Positions 1-8,975 of a stretch of 64,000 bases of DNA are shown piece by piece; position 1 is the first letter of the stretch, and every line of letters begins with the position of its first letter. The stretch lies in assembly GCA_045046875.1 (NCBI GenBank), contig JASFYY010000037.1, forward strand, positions 64,001-128,000. The letters run 5' to 3'. The notes under the pieces were generated by a model, which worked only from the letters and a program-made list of their open reading frames with translations, ran no database searches and was not told the origin of the DNA. Source of the stretch: Verrucomicrobiota bacterium. Lineage in GTDB: Bacteria; Verrucomicrobiota; Verrucomicrobiia; Verrucomicrobiales; DEV007. A program made the translations under genes and the position numbers.

Positions 1-630
1 TTTATCGAATCCATCTCGGATGCGTTTTACGAAGGCATTGAGATCATCGTACTTGGTTTGAAGTGGAGGAGTTATTACCACTTTTGGTGTAGCCGGTGGA
101 GCAGCCACATCATCCGAAGCTTTCCGGAGAGGAAAAAAATCCCGGTGGGAAAAAGCCTCAGCCGTATGAGCAAATACGAATGTTTCAGATGAGTCATTAT
201 GGCTAACAAAAATCTTGAGACAGACATGGTAGTCCTTCAGGTTGGCTCCAGGCTCTTCCGGGAACGTTGCTGTTAAGGGCGAATCTGGCTCGAACCTGGC
301 TCCCTTGCTAGCCGCTGCTACCTCCCAGGTCATAGGGATACGCTTGTCATACTGGGCTCCGCTTCGTTTGGCCCTCTGGCTCGGAGTCAATAGACCGATT
401 TGCATGCCGGTGAGCTTTATTTTTGCGGATAGATACTGCGCCAGAAGACCCAGGTCGGAAATGGTGACTTCTATATTTGCCCCCGACTTGGTCACCCCAG
501 CAATGCCTTCGCCAATGATCGGCGGATTTCCATCGGTGTGAATGATGCGCTCAACCGGGGATTGTCCGAATAGATTGAATTGTAGACCCAATAGGACCGA
601 TACAAGTATTGCCTTGTGAACTCGATTCAT
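1..630 (-). CDS. Secreted hypothetical protein, runs off the left edge (not in the ORF track)
   Basis: Manual translation from ATG at 630 is open for 210 codons to base 1 (MNRVHKAILVSVLLGLQFNLFGQSPVERII...RIRDGFDK); signal-peptide-like N-terminus; divergent from the LRR gene. Confidence 0.7.
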   Translation of the reverse strand, partial: MNRVHKAILVSVLLGLQFNLFGQSPVERIIHTDGNPPIIGEGIAGVTKSGANIEVTISDLGLLAQYLSAKIKLTGMQIGLLTPSQRAKRSGAQYDKRIPMTWEVAAASKGARFEPDSPLTATFPEEPGANLKDYHVCLKIFVSHNDSSETFVFAHTAEAFSHRDFFPLRKASDDVAAPPATPKVVITPPLQTKYDDLNAFVKRIRDGFDK

Positions 631-755
631 AATAATTTGAGATTGAAGACTTTCCTCGTCAAAAGCAAATAAAAAACACAAGCTGACTAACTTGTAGAAC
701 TCTTGCAAATCAATAGAACCTAGCCCATTGTCCGGGAACACCAATTCTAATTCTC

Positions 756-2759
756 ATGTCCATTGCAATTCGATTTCAAAAGCAAAAGAGTAAGCTTGGG
801 TTTGTCACTTCTAGCCTGAAACTTCTTCAAGTCTGTATTATAACGGCTTTGGGGTTTTCTTTTTTTCTACAAACTACTCTCGCACAAGGGAATCACACTT
901 TTCACATTACAGGGCAACAACCTTTTGAGGGAGAACTACTCTCGGTACAGGGCAGTACTGTTGAAATCAAACACCTGGAAAGCGACGGAGTTATCAAGAT
1001 GCCGATCGCCTCATTGAGCCTACAGGATAAGAAATTTCTTTTGAAATGGGTTCGCAACAAGAGAGTTTACTCCCAAGAAATCGCTCCCCTTCCAGATGGA
1101 TGGGCGACGCTTCGCATTCACTTCCCCAAAGGCTACGACTTCCCCCTTTCCTCTGAGCTAGGCGCCATTTCAAGGATTGGAGGCAGAGTTCATGAGGGCA
1201 ATTTTCCAATCGGATTCTGGGTTAAAATTAATATTTACCGCACGGATCCATTAAACAGCCAATTTCGATCTACCTATCTTCAATTCAACGGTAATTCAGA
1301 TTGGTATCTCTCGTTTCGTGCCGGAAAACTCTACCGAAGTTTCAAACCCGGGGGCCCGTCCAAGGTTGTTGCCGCCGTCATCCCTTCCGATAACGAGACC
1401 GAGTTTCTAAGATCTCTACGAATTGATACCCTTACCGGTCGAGAAATTGGTGAGGATCAGAAAATTCTTGCGGATCGGGTCTCATTCCGGGTCAGCACTA
1501 TTAAGGGCTTGGAAGCTCTTGTACTCTTCAATCATCCCATAGCGTGGTTAACCATCGATGGACACTATTTATTTGATGAAAATCAACAACTTGATATCAA
1601 CGCTGCTAATAGGCTGGTTAAGTTGGCTCCTCAATCATTTTCCATGGTAGGAGGTGACGACAAACTCATGATTCTATTATCTCGCATCCCATCGATCGAG
1701 CACCTTATCCTTAAAGAACTCAAATCCTCCCCATGGACCTTCGAGGGGTTTCAAAGCTTGAGAAACTTACCTCGTTTACAATCTCTTACATATCGCACCA
1801 GAAACAATAAAAATACTTCTTTCCTGGAGGGTTTCGACAAACTCAAAATTCTCAGAGTTTCCCCTACTAGTCCTTATGGCAGTAAAATTAAAATACCTGA
1901 ATTGAAATCACTGGAAGCTTTGAGCATACCCCATACGTTCACTCTGGATAATGCCTCACTGGCAGGACTACCGAAAATCAAGTATCTCGATGTAAAAGGA
2001 ATTGAACCCTCTTATCGACTCCCTAAAAATTTGATCAGGACCTATTGGGGAAAAGCGGGCGGGGATTATAACACTCTAGTTAAAAAAGGCTTTTATTCGA
2101 ACCTTCGGTCACTTACTACGGTGGAACATGTAGATTATGACAAACTGCCAAATCTTTCTAGTTTAAAGATTTTGGGAATCACTCCGGATTTGGACAGGCT
2201 TGCAAAAGCCCCCAGACTACGTCACCTCCAGATTTATGAAGTGCAACAAGCGGATTTAGAACAACTGGCCAATCTCCCCAATATGCAGGACTTGGAAACT
2301 ATCACTTTTTCCCGAGGCACGATAAAGGATCTTTCGCCTTTGGCAAAGCTTCCCAAACTAAAACAAATTCTTTTGGGAAGTTTGAGAGGAGCTCCAAACA
2401 GAATCGATCTCAGCTTGTTTCCATTGCTGGAAAGTTTCATAGCATATAACGTCTATCAGATGGAGTCCATATTCGGTATAGCCAGTCATCCCAACCTCAT
2501 TTATCTAAAACTTCAAGATTGCCGGGAAGTAAAGAATCTGGGAAACCCTTCACCAAACAGCAAGCTCGACTCAATTTATATCAAGGATGCCTTCCACCTG
2601 GAAAATCTGGAAGCCTTCAAACAAATGACTGGTCTCAAAGCGGTTTGGATTAGCGGATGCACCAGGATAACGGGGCCTCTGTATATTGAAGACAACAACG
2701 ATCTTAAATATTTTAAAATATATGATAGCGGCAGCTTGCCCGATCGTCCCAAGCATTAA
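756..2759 (+). CDS. Secreted leucine-rich-repeat protein with N-terminal SHD1-like domain
   Basis: Signal-like segment ending TTLAQ; FEGELLSVQGSTVEIK...MPIASLSLQDKKFL is SHD1-like; many LxxLxxLxxL repeats (LRNLPRLQSL, LSPLAKLPKLKQILL). Confidence 0.8.
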   Translation: MSIAIRFQKQKSKLGFVTSSLKLLQVCIITALGFSFFLQTTLAQGNHTFHITGQQPFEGELLSVQGSTVEIKHLESDGVIKMPIASLSLQDKKFLLKWVRNKRVYSQEIAPLPDGWATLRIHFPKGYDFPLSSELGAISRIGGRVHEGNFPIGFWVKINIYRTDPLNSQFRSTYLQFNGNSDWYLSFRAGKLYRSFKPGGPSKVVAAVIPSDNETEFLRSLRIDTLTGREIGEDQKILADRVSFRVSTIKGLEALVLFNHPIAWLTIDGHYLFDENQQLDINAANRLVKLAPQSFSMVGGDDKLMILLSRIPSIEHLILKELKSSPWTFEGFQSLRNLPRLQSLTYRTRNNKNTSFLEGFDKLKILRVSPTSPYGSKIKIPELKSLEALSIPHTFTLDNASLAGLPKIKYLDVKGIEPSYRLPKNLIRTYWGKAGGDYNTLVKKGFYSNLRSLTTVEHVDYDKLPNLSSLKILGITPDLDRLAKAPRLRHLQIYEVQQADLEQLANLPNMQDLETITFSRGTIKDLSPLAKLPKLKQILLGSLRGAPNRIDLSLFPLLESFIAYNVYQMESIFGIASHPNLIYLKLQDCREVKNLGNPSPNSKLDSIYIKDAFHLENLEAFKQMTGLKAVWISGCTRITGPLYIEDNNDLKYFKIYDSGSLPDRPKH

Positions 2760-2915
2760 TAAGTGACTCCGCAATTCGCGGACAACTTCACAGAGGAAAA
2801 CTTGTTAAGGACAACCGTTCGGCGGACGTAACTTGCTTTAAAGGAGGGCCGTCCTTCTAGTCTGCTGCTCAACGACATTGGCGGACTGGAAAGTCAACTC
2901 TCCTGTGTGAATAAC

Positions 2916-3851
2916 TCAATGCAGATCAAGAATCCCCTCAATCGCCGCCTGAACCCGTGGAACCACCTCAGCCGGCACTCTCGGATTAAAGGGCCCTCCT
3001 TCACCGGCATCGATATCATCGAAACCGCTGAGAATCATCGCTTCGACAACCGCCGAGTAATTGAACTCTCGACCGTTTTCAAAACGCAATTCCTCCAGCG
3101 CAGTGATTCGTTTCTCAATCGCAAAAGCAGTTTTAAAATCACCACAACGCTGCGCATTATTAATTTCATCCCCTGCTTTCGCAACGACTACCGATATTCC
3201 TGAAGTGTGACCTTTGGCCCCCAACTGAGCCGCTTTAGTGCTACGATCACCGATCCCCCAAATGACCGTCGCTTTATCGCCGACCGCTTCAACCATCAGC
3301 GGCACATCATCTTCATGCGTGCCCACTTTCACGGCGACAAAGTGCTGCGAATCATTAAGCAAGCGAATGATCTGATCACGATCCCGCGGCTGACGATAAT
3401 AATAGAGGAAACGCGCGCCACATTGGCTGCCGTATTTTTCACCAAACTCGGAAAACCCCTCGTAGAGCCCCTCAACGCTGTACATTCCACCCAAAGGCAT
3501 CAGCAAATAAGCATCCGGCGGCCGCTTCATCGCTGACTGCTTTTCGATCAGCTCACCAGCCGTGGCAATCGGATTAGGGGTCAAGGCAGAAATCAGCAGG
3601 CCCTCATCGCCCATCACCTCCCCGGTCACCTCAACCAATTTATTCTTTTCTTCTGAACTGACATGGTCAATCAAACTGGTTCCAGCGACGCAAATGACCC
3701 GGCGACGATGCTCACTGAGATGATTGTTCTCCATGAGGTAACGGATATTCTTCTCATGGGCCGCATAATCAATCTTACCGTCACGAAACGGGATGAGCGG
3801 AATCGTTGTAACGGAATCCAGAGCTTCTTTCAGTTCTTCAGTTGATAACAT
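2916..3851 (-). CDS. Dihydrodipicolinate synthase/N-acetylneuraminate lyase family aldolase/dehydratase
   Basis: TIPLIPFRDGKIDY N-terminus, AGTS loop, LYYY and Schiff-base Lys in FVAVKVG. Confidence 0.8.
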   Translation of the reverse strand: MLSTEELKEALDSVTTIPLIPFRDGKIDYAAHEKNIRYLMENNHLSEHRRRVICVAGTSLIDHVSSEEKNKLVEVTGEVMGDEGLLISALTPNPIATAGELIEKQSAMKRPPDAYLLMPLGGMYSVEGLYEGFSEFGEKYGSQCGARFLYYYRQPRDRDQIIRLLNDSQHFVAVKVGTHEDDVPLMVEAVGDKATVIWGIGDRSTKAAQLGAKGHTSGISVVVAKAGDEINNAQRCGDFKTAFAIEKRITALEELRFENGREFNYSAVVEAMILSGFDDIDAGEGGPFNPRVPAEVVPRVQAAIEGILDLH

Positions 3852-3996
3852 GTTGTTATATTTTCAACTCACATCATTCAAGGCATCACAAAACCACGCG
3901 ACACGGTGAATAGAAATGTAAAAGAAAATGCCCTTCCGTCCACTTCGAAAAACTTTAAACTAACGGATGGGTAACCCTCCTTGCCTTGAGACGAGT

Positions 3997-5127
3997 TCAC
4001 TTCACCCAGCGTATGCACGAAGGCATCGGTATATCAATGGCTTCTCCATTCACGGCAAGCTTGCCGCTTTCCTTGTTGATCTGGAAAACGATCACGTTAT
4101 TACCAGGCATGTTGGCGCAGATCAACCAAGCCCCATCAGGCGTGATCAGCAGATTCTGCGGCCCTTTGCCTAGACTGGGTTCGATTCCAAGTAATGTCAG
4201 TTGACCCTTCTCACCGATTTCATACATCGCCACGCTGTCATGCCCCCTGTTGGTTCCGTATAGAAACCGGCCATCCGGAGTGATTTTCAAATCCGCACAA
4301 TAGCTGGTGCCCTTGAAGCCCTCAGGCAGTGTCGAAATGGTTTGTCGCTCGGTCAGCTTGCCGGAATCCGCAGCATAAGCAAAAACAGTGATCGTATTCG
4401 ACAATTCGTTGATCAAATAAACACTTTTTCCATCGGGATGAAAAGTCAGATGCCTTGGGCCAGAGCCGGGTGCAATTTTCACGAACGGCTGCGCCTCATT
4501 CAGCGTCAACCTGGCCTTGGCTGCATCGAGTTGATAAATCATCACCTTATCAATACCCAAATCTGCAGAGAGCGCGAAACGACCGTCGGGGCTGATTTCA
4601 ATGCAGTGGGCATTCGGCCCTTTTTGCCGCTTAGGATCCACACTCGAACCTGAATGCTGGTCAAACGAAGCCGCATCCCCAAGGGAGCCATCCGCTTTCA
4701 CCGGCAATGCCGCTACGCTGCCTGAAGAATAATTGGCCACCAACACGGTTTTGCCACTTGGATCCACACTGAGGTAACAAGCTGCCGTGCCGCGGCTGGA
4801 AGTCGCGTTCAAGCGCGTCAACTTGCCACTGCTTTTTTCTAAAACAAAGGCAGCCACCAGATCGTTTTCCTTGTCACCAAAATTCGGGGTATCGATGGAA
4901 TACAAAACTTTACCATCCGGCGAAGCTGCCAAAAAAAACGGATTCGATATGCTGGGATTTTTATGCACAAGCTCCAGTGCTCCCTTTTCAAGGTCAAAAC
5001 GAAACGCCTGAATGGAGCCCTCTTCACCTTTCACAAAAGAAGAAATCAAAACAAGGGGGTCCTGCGCCTGGGCACTTGGGGAAATTTGAGCCATCATCGC
5101 TATGAGAGTTAAAATAAGTATTCGCAT
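3997..5127 (-). CDS. pgl: 6-phosphogluconolactonase-like beta-propeller lactonase with signal peptide
   Basis: VANYSSGSV, NAHCIEISPDG, ADLGIDKV, GSGPRHLTFHP, NRGHDS motifs; start moved to ATG 5127 (MRILILTL). Confidence 0.85.
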   Translation of the reverse strand: MRILILTLIAMMAQISPSAQAQDPLVLISSFVKGEEGSIQAFRFDLEKGALELVHKNPSISNPFFLAASPDGKVLYSIDTPNFGDKENDLVAAFVLEKSSGKLTRLNATSSRGTAACYLSVDPSGKTVLVANYSSGSVAALPVKADGSLGDAASFDQHSGSSVDPKRQKGPNAHCIEISPDGRFALSADLGIDKVMIYQLDAAKARLTLNEAQPFVKIAPGSGPRHLTFHPDGKSVYLINELSNTITVFAYAADSGKLTERQTISTLPEGFKGTSYCADLKITPDGRFLYGTNRGHDSVAMYEIGEKGQLTLLGIEPSLGKGPQNLLITPDGAWLICANMPGNNVIVFQINKESGKLAVNGEAIDIPMPSCIRWVK

Positions 5128-5262
5128 GTTTTGAGTGAGAGTTGTGAAATGTAGCTCGCCGCCCATCAATAATTGCCATTTTTGACATCCAATCAATCGT
5201 TAGCTGCAGCTAAACCACAATAAATCACCTTTACGGCCCTCAAATCCAGCATAAAAGCACAA

Positions 5263-5311
5263 AAACTACATCTTGTGGAGATTTAGCGATTGACACCACT
5301 ACATGTTGTGG
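5263..5311 (+). promoter_or_regulatory. Tandem NrdR boxes overlapping the nrdR promoter
   Basis: aaACTACATCTTGTGG (5263-5278) and ccACTACATGTTGTGG (5296-5311), 33 bp apart, resemble the NrdR-box consensus; TTGACA at 5290-5295 and CATTCT at 5313-5318 with a 17-bp spacer. Confidence 0.8.
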
Positions 5312-5336
5312 GCATTCTCAGCCTTGAGTCTCAGTA

Positions 5337-5822
5337 ATGCGTTGCCTTAAATGTAATAGTCTAGAAGACAAGGTGATCGATTCCCGCTCCAGCAAGGACG
5401 GATTATCGATCCGCCGTCGTCGTGAGTGCTTGGAATGCAGCCACCGCTTCACCACCTATGAGCAGGTCGAGCGCAACGAATTCCAAGTCATTAAACGCGA
5501 CAGCATCCGCGAGCCTTTCCGCCCGGAAAAATTGCTATCAGGAATGATAAAGTCCTGCGAAAAACGCCCGGTTCCCATCGGAGTGCTGGAGGCCGCTGTT
5601 GAAGAAATCGCCAACGAACTGGCAGCGGAAAACCTCAAGGAAATCCCATCGCGCATGATCGGCCCCAAGGTGATGGGCAAACTCAAGCACATCGATCAGG
5701 TCGCTTTTGTCCGCTACGCCTCGGTTTACCGTCAGTTTGAAGACGTCGGTGAATTCATCGACGAAATCCAATCCCTCGAACGCCAACCCATCAACGAAGG
5801 CCTGCAGCCCGATCTTTTTTAA
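5337..5822 (+). CDS. nrdR: Transcriptional repressor NrdR
   Basis: MRCxxC...KVIDSR...IRRRREC..C..RFTTYE zinc ribbon, ATP-cone, VAFVRYASVYRQF. Confidence 0.97.
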   Translation: MRCLKCNSLEDKVIDSRSSKDGLSIRRRRECLECSHRFTTYEQVERNEFQVIKRDSIREPFRPEKLLSGMIKSCEKRPVPIGVLEAAVEEIANELAAENLKEIPSRMIGPKVMGKLKHIDQVAFVRYASVYRQFEDVGEFIDEIQSLERQPINEGLQPDLF

Positions 5823-5835
5823 CTCCCTCTCCCCT

Positions 5836-6396
5836 ATGATCGCCCTTCCTTCATCATTGCCCCTGATCAAAATCAGCCCGGACAACCTCGCGGCTTGTGA
5901 TGCCGATTGGCTGCGCCGCCATCTGCGTGAAGCCGCGGCCCGCACAGAAGTTCCCGAGTGGTTCGCCGATGATGTCGTCGCCGGCGTGATCACCTTTCTA
6001 AGAAATCACTACGAAGGCAGCACCATCACCGTGGACTCTCTCTATGATCGAATCCGTGAGACGCTCGAAAACCTCGGCTTGAACGACCTTGCGCAAGAAC
6101 TCACTCCTGCGGCTCCACCGATGCGCATCTGTTTGACCGATCTCGCCCGCAAGGCCGGTGACGGTTACGAACTCGCTTTTTTCCAACTGCTGGAACAACG
6201 TTTCCTCTCCGCCACCAGCAACGGCGTAGAGCACGTCTATTTTTACGACTTGCGTAAATGTGTGCAGTATCTCACCTCCGTCCGCAAGTGGACCCGCCGT
6301 TGCGAAAATCTGCAAAACGAAATCACCGGATTTCTGGAACACGAAGCACGGAAATTTGGTCAACAAAGCCCCAACCTTTCCCTCGCCATCTGCTAA
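5836..6396 (+). CDS. Hypothetical protein with ATP-cone-like N-terminal helical region
   Basis: ATG 5836 directly after nrdR; LREAAART...ADDVVAGV...TITVDSLYDRIRETLENLGLNDLA resembles an ATP-cone helix pattern. Confidence 0.65.
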   Translation: MIALPSSLPLIKISPDNLAACDADWLRRHLREAAARTEVPEWFADDVVAGVITFLRNHYEGSTITVDSLYDRIRETLENLGLNDLAQELTPAAPPMRICLTDLARKAGDGYELAFFQLLEQRFLSATSNGVEHVYFYDLRKCVQYLTSVRKWTRRCENLQNEITGFLEHEARKFGQQSPNLSLAIC

Positions 6397-6403
6397 TCCT
6401 GCG

Positions 6404-6748
6404 ATGACCGTTTTTGAAAAAATCATCGCCGGGGAGATCCCCGCTGACATCGTTCATCAGGACGATCTCTGCATCGCCTTTCGCGACGTCAATCCCCAGG
6501 CGCCGACCCACATCCTGATCATTCCAAAAAAATGCATCGCCCGCATTGGCGAAGCGGAAGAACAAGACCAGGCCCTACTCGGACACCTTCTGCTCACCGC
6601 TGGAAAAATTGCCAGCGAACTCGACATCAACCACACCGACGAAGGCTTTCGCCTAGTGATCAACAACGGTAAAAACGGCGGCGAATCCGTGCCTCACCTG
6701 CATGTCCACCTACTCGCCGGCCGCCCCCTCGTCTGGCCCCCTGGTTAA
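6404..6748 (+). CDS. Histidine triad (HIT) nucleotide-binding protein
   Basis: MTVFEKIIAGEIP, AFRDVNPQAPTHILIIPK, HLHVH triad; start ATG 6404. Confidence 0.95.
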   Translation: MTVFEKIIAGEIPADIVHQDDLCIAFRDVNPQAPTHILIIPKKCIARIGEAEEQDQALLGHLLLTAGKIASELDINHTDEGFRLVINNGKNGGESVPHLHVHLLAGRPLVWPPG

Positions 6749-6806
6749 AGGTCTTACAAAAAACTTCATTTGCTGGTATCGTTTTTTTCGGCGATCTTTC
6801 CATAAG

Positions 6807-7271
6807 ATGAACCTGATTTTCAAAACTCTGCTACCTTTATTCTGCCTAAGTTTTCTTATCAGCTGCGGCGGACGTAGCTTTGAAGCCGACTGGCAACAAG
6901 CTAGCAAAAAATACCGCACTGGCACCCGGCATCCCGTCGCCGGCCCCTGGCAGGGCACTTGGCTCAGCGCCTCCACCGGCCACAAAGGAAAACTACTTTG
7001 CCTCGTCACCCCGATTGATGGCGCACAAGGTAGCGGCCGCTACCTTTTTCGCTACTGGGCCACTTGGGCAGGCCCACTGCAAGGTGGATTTGACGCCGAA
7101 TTTGAAGTCGAAAAAATGGGAACCCAATACCACGTGCAAGGCACCGAGAGCCTCGGCGCCTTCGGCTCCTTCCAACATGAAGGTGTCATGCAAGGCAATG
7201 ATTTCGAAGCCGACTACCGCTCATCCACCGGCGACCACGGCAACTTCAACCTGCGCCGCCCCCTGCAATAA
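6807..7271 (+). CDS. Hypothetical lipoprotein
   Basis: ATG 6807; hydrophobic stretch then lipobox LISC; GPWQGTWLS...GHKGKLLC. Confidence 0.7.
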   Translation: MNLIFKTLLPLFCLSFLISCGGRSFEADWQQASKKYRTGTRHPVAGPWQGTWLSASTGHKGKLLCLVTPIDGAQGSGRYLFRYWATWAGPLQGGFDAEFEVEKMGTQYHVQGTESLGAFGSFQHEGVMQGNDFEADYRSSTGDHGNFNLRRPLQ

Positions 7272-7295
7272 AAAATCCCTCCCATTCATTGTCCA

Positions 7296-8783
7296 TCACT
7301 CCCTCGGCTCAGCAAAAGAAACCTCCAGGCCAATCGCAGCAAAGGCCGCGCTCACATCCTCCTTCATTTCCTCCGCGTCACGTTCGCTCATCAAGGCAGG
7401 TTTCGCCCGTGCATTAGCGATGGCAAACACATCGATCGGACCACCTCCGGAATTCACCTTGAGAATTTCCGGCACCTCCAACTTCTTCGGCCGGGACAAC
7501 ATGACTGGCTTCTCCCCGATCTTGACCCGATCCCCCTCCACCACTCCGTCCGCCACTTGCTGATTATATTTTTTGATCCGCGCATTATACGCCCGCCCCT
7601 CTTCCTGAAAAGTTTTGCCCGCTTGATTATAAGCATCCACCTCGCGATTAAATTTTTCCCGCTTCACCTCGAAGGCCTTCACCGCAGCATTGTATTCATC
7701 AATGAACAAATTGGTATCAGTCTTCGCCCTACCCATCAACTTCAGATAGGATGCCACCGCCTCACCTTGCCCCCCGCGATCCATGCGAACAAAATAATGC
7801 ACCCACAGCATCGCCGACAAATAGTCCTCCATGCTCCCCTGCCAAGCAGCTTTGTCATCCGGGTCTGACAAATCCTCGGGACTGATCATCCGTAACGGCA
7901 AATTCTGGTATTTGCCCTTCAATCGTTCCTTCAATCCCCGTGTCGAATTTTTGAACTCAAAACGGCCATTCTGATAAGGCACCGAAGCGATGTACTCTGC
8001 CATACCTTCAGTGAACCACATCGGAGTCAGCACCAACCAATCGTGCATCATCTGATGAGTGATCTCATGGATCAAGGTCGAAGTATCCGCCGTGCGCTTC
8101 AAGGTCATCTGACTGCCTTTTTTGACCGCTCCTATCGACTCATAAGGCACCCATATTTTTTTTCGCTTAGGCAAATAAACACCCGCCACTCTCAGATTCG
8201 GCCCCGCCGTGATGTAATTTGCGATCTCCTGCTGAAAGGATGACGAGGTCATAAAACGCGCTCTGAATTTCACATCCCCGCCCGGTGGTCGCGGATTCAA
8301 TCCCAAGGGCAACATTCTCACCGCTTGGTAAGTTGCTTCAAAAACCTTCGCCGACTCGGAAATAAAAGACTTGCCCACTTTCGCCTCTGAGACAAAAACA
8401 TAGTGCTCCGTTTTGAACTCAAAATCCTTACCCTCAACCTTCACCGGCAATTCAATCCGCGTCTCCTCCGGCATCGCCTTGCTCTCAAAATCCCGACCGG
8501 CTTTTTCCATGCTGATCAAATACTTTTGATCCACCTCACTCAACTGATCCGTTTGCACCGTGAGCTCACGACCATTTTTCAATCGCAACTTAACCGTGCT
8601 ACCCTCCAAGCTCAGCAAAGAAGCCTGCACCTTTTTCCCCTGCGAACTTGTCCACTGCCGCAGCGGGTTTTTCTCCTGTGCCGAAACTATTCCGTGTAAT
8701 AACAACAGCACGATCACACTCAAAAGCCATGTTTTAAAAATGATCGCAGCCCTAGAAGCATTCGATGAATTATAATTCCACAT
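7296..8783 (-). CDS. Secreted SHD1-domain zinc metallopeptidase-like protein (DUF1570/MA-clan-like)
   Basis: RQWTSSQGKKVQASLL...QLSEVDQKYL (SHD1-like); HEITH (HExxH) followed by WFTEGMAEY. Confidence 0.75.
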   Translation of the reverse strand: MWNYNSSNASRAAIIFKTWLLSVIVLLLLHGIVSAQEKNPLRQWTSSQGKKVQASLLSLEGSTVKLRLKNGRELTVQTDQLSEVDQKYLISMEKAGRDFESKAMPEETRIELPVKVEGKDFEFKTEHYVFVSEAKVGKSFISESAKVFEATYQAVRMLPLGLNPRPPGGDVKFRARFMTSSSFQQEIANYITAGPNLRVAGVYLPKRKKIWVPYESIGAVKKGSQMTLKRTADTSTLIHEITHQMMHDWLVLTPMWFTEGMAEYIASVPYQNGRFEFKNSTRGLKERLKGKYQNLPLRMISPEDLSDPDDKAAWQGSMEDYLSAMLWVHYFVRMDRGGQGEAVASYLKLMGRAKTDTNLFIDEYNAAVKAFEVKREKFNREVDAYNQAGKTFQEEGRAYNARIKKYNQQVADGVVEGDRVKIGEKPVMLSRPKKLEVPEILKVNSGGGPIDVFAIANARAKPALMSERDAEEMKEDVSAAFAAIGLEVSFAEPRE

Positions 8784-8922
8784 ATATTACAGAACGATAA
8801 CAAGCCCCCCTTCCCCCCGTCAACACAAGGAATCAGATTTTACCGCAGTTTTACCAGCACTGTTCAGAGCATCACCCCATTTGCTGTCAAGACAGCACAG
8901 ATCGATTCCTTTTTCATCAGAT

Positions 8923-8939
8923 TTGGCCTGAATACTGCT
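8923..8939 (+). promoter_or_regulatory. Sigma-54 -24/-12 element upstream of rpoN
   Basis: TTGGCCTGAATACTGCT: GG-N10-GC spacing, about 37 bp before the rpoN ATG. Confidence 0.6.
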
Positions 8940-8975
8940 TGCTTACAGCCTTGTCGAAGCAGAAGCTAGCTTCAC

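Noticed and set aside
8861..8874. Possible Verrucomicrobia LexA box (TGTTC-N4-GAACA) near rpoN
   Set aside because: TGTTCAGAGCATCA has two mismatches in the right half, and no such box was seen upstream of uvrA.
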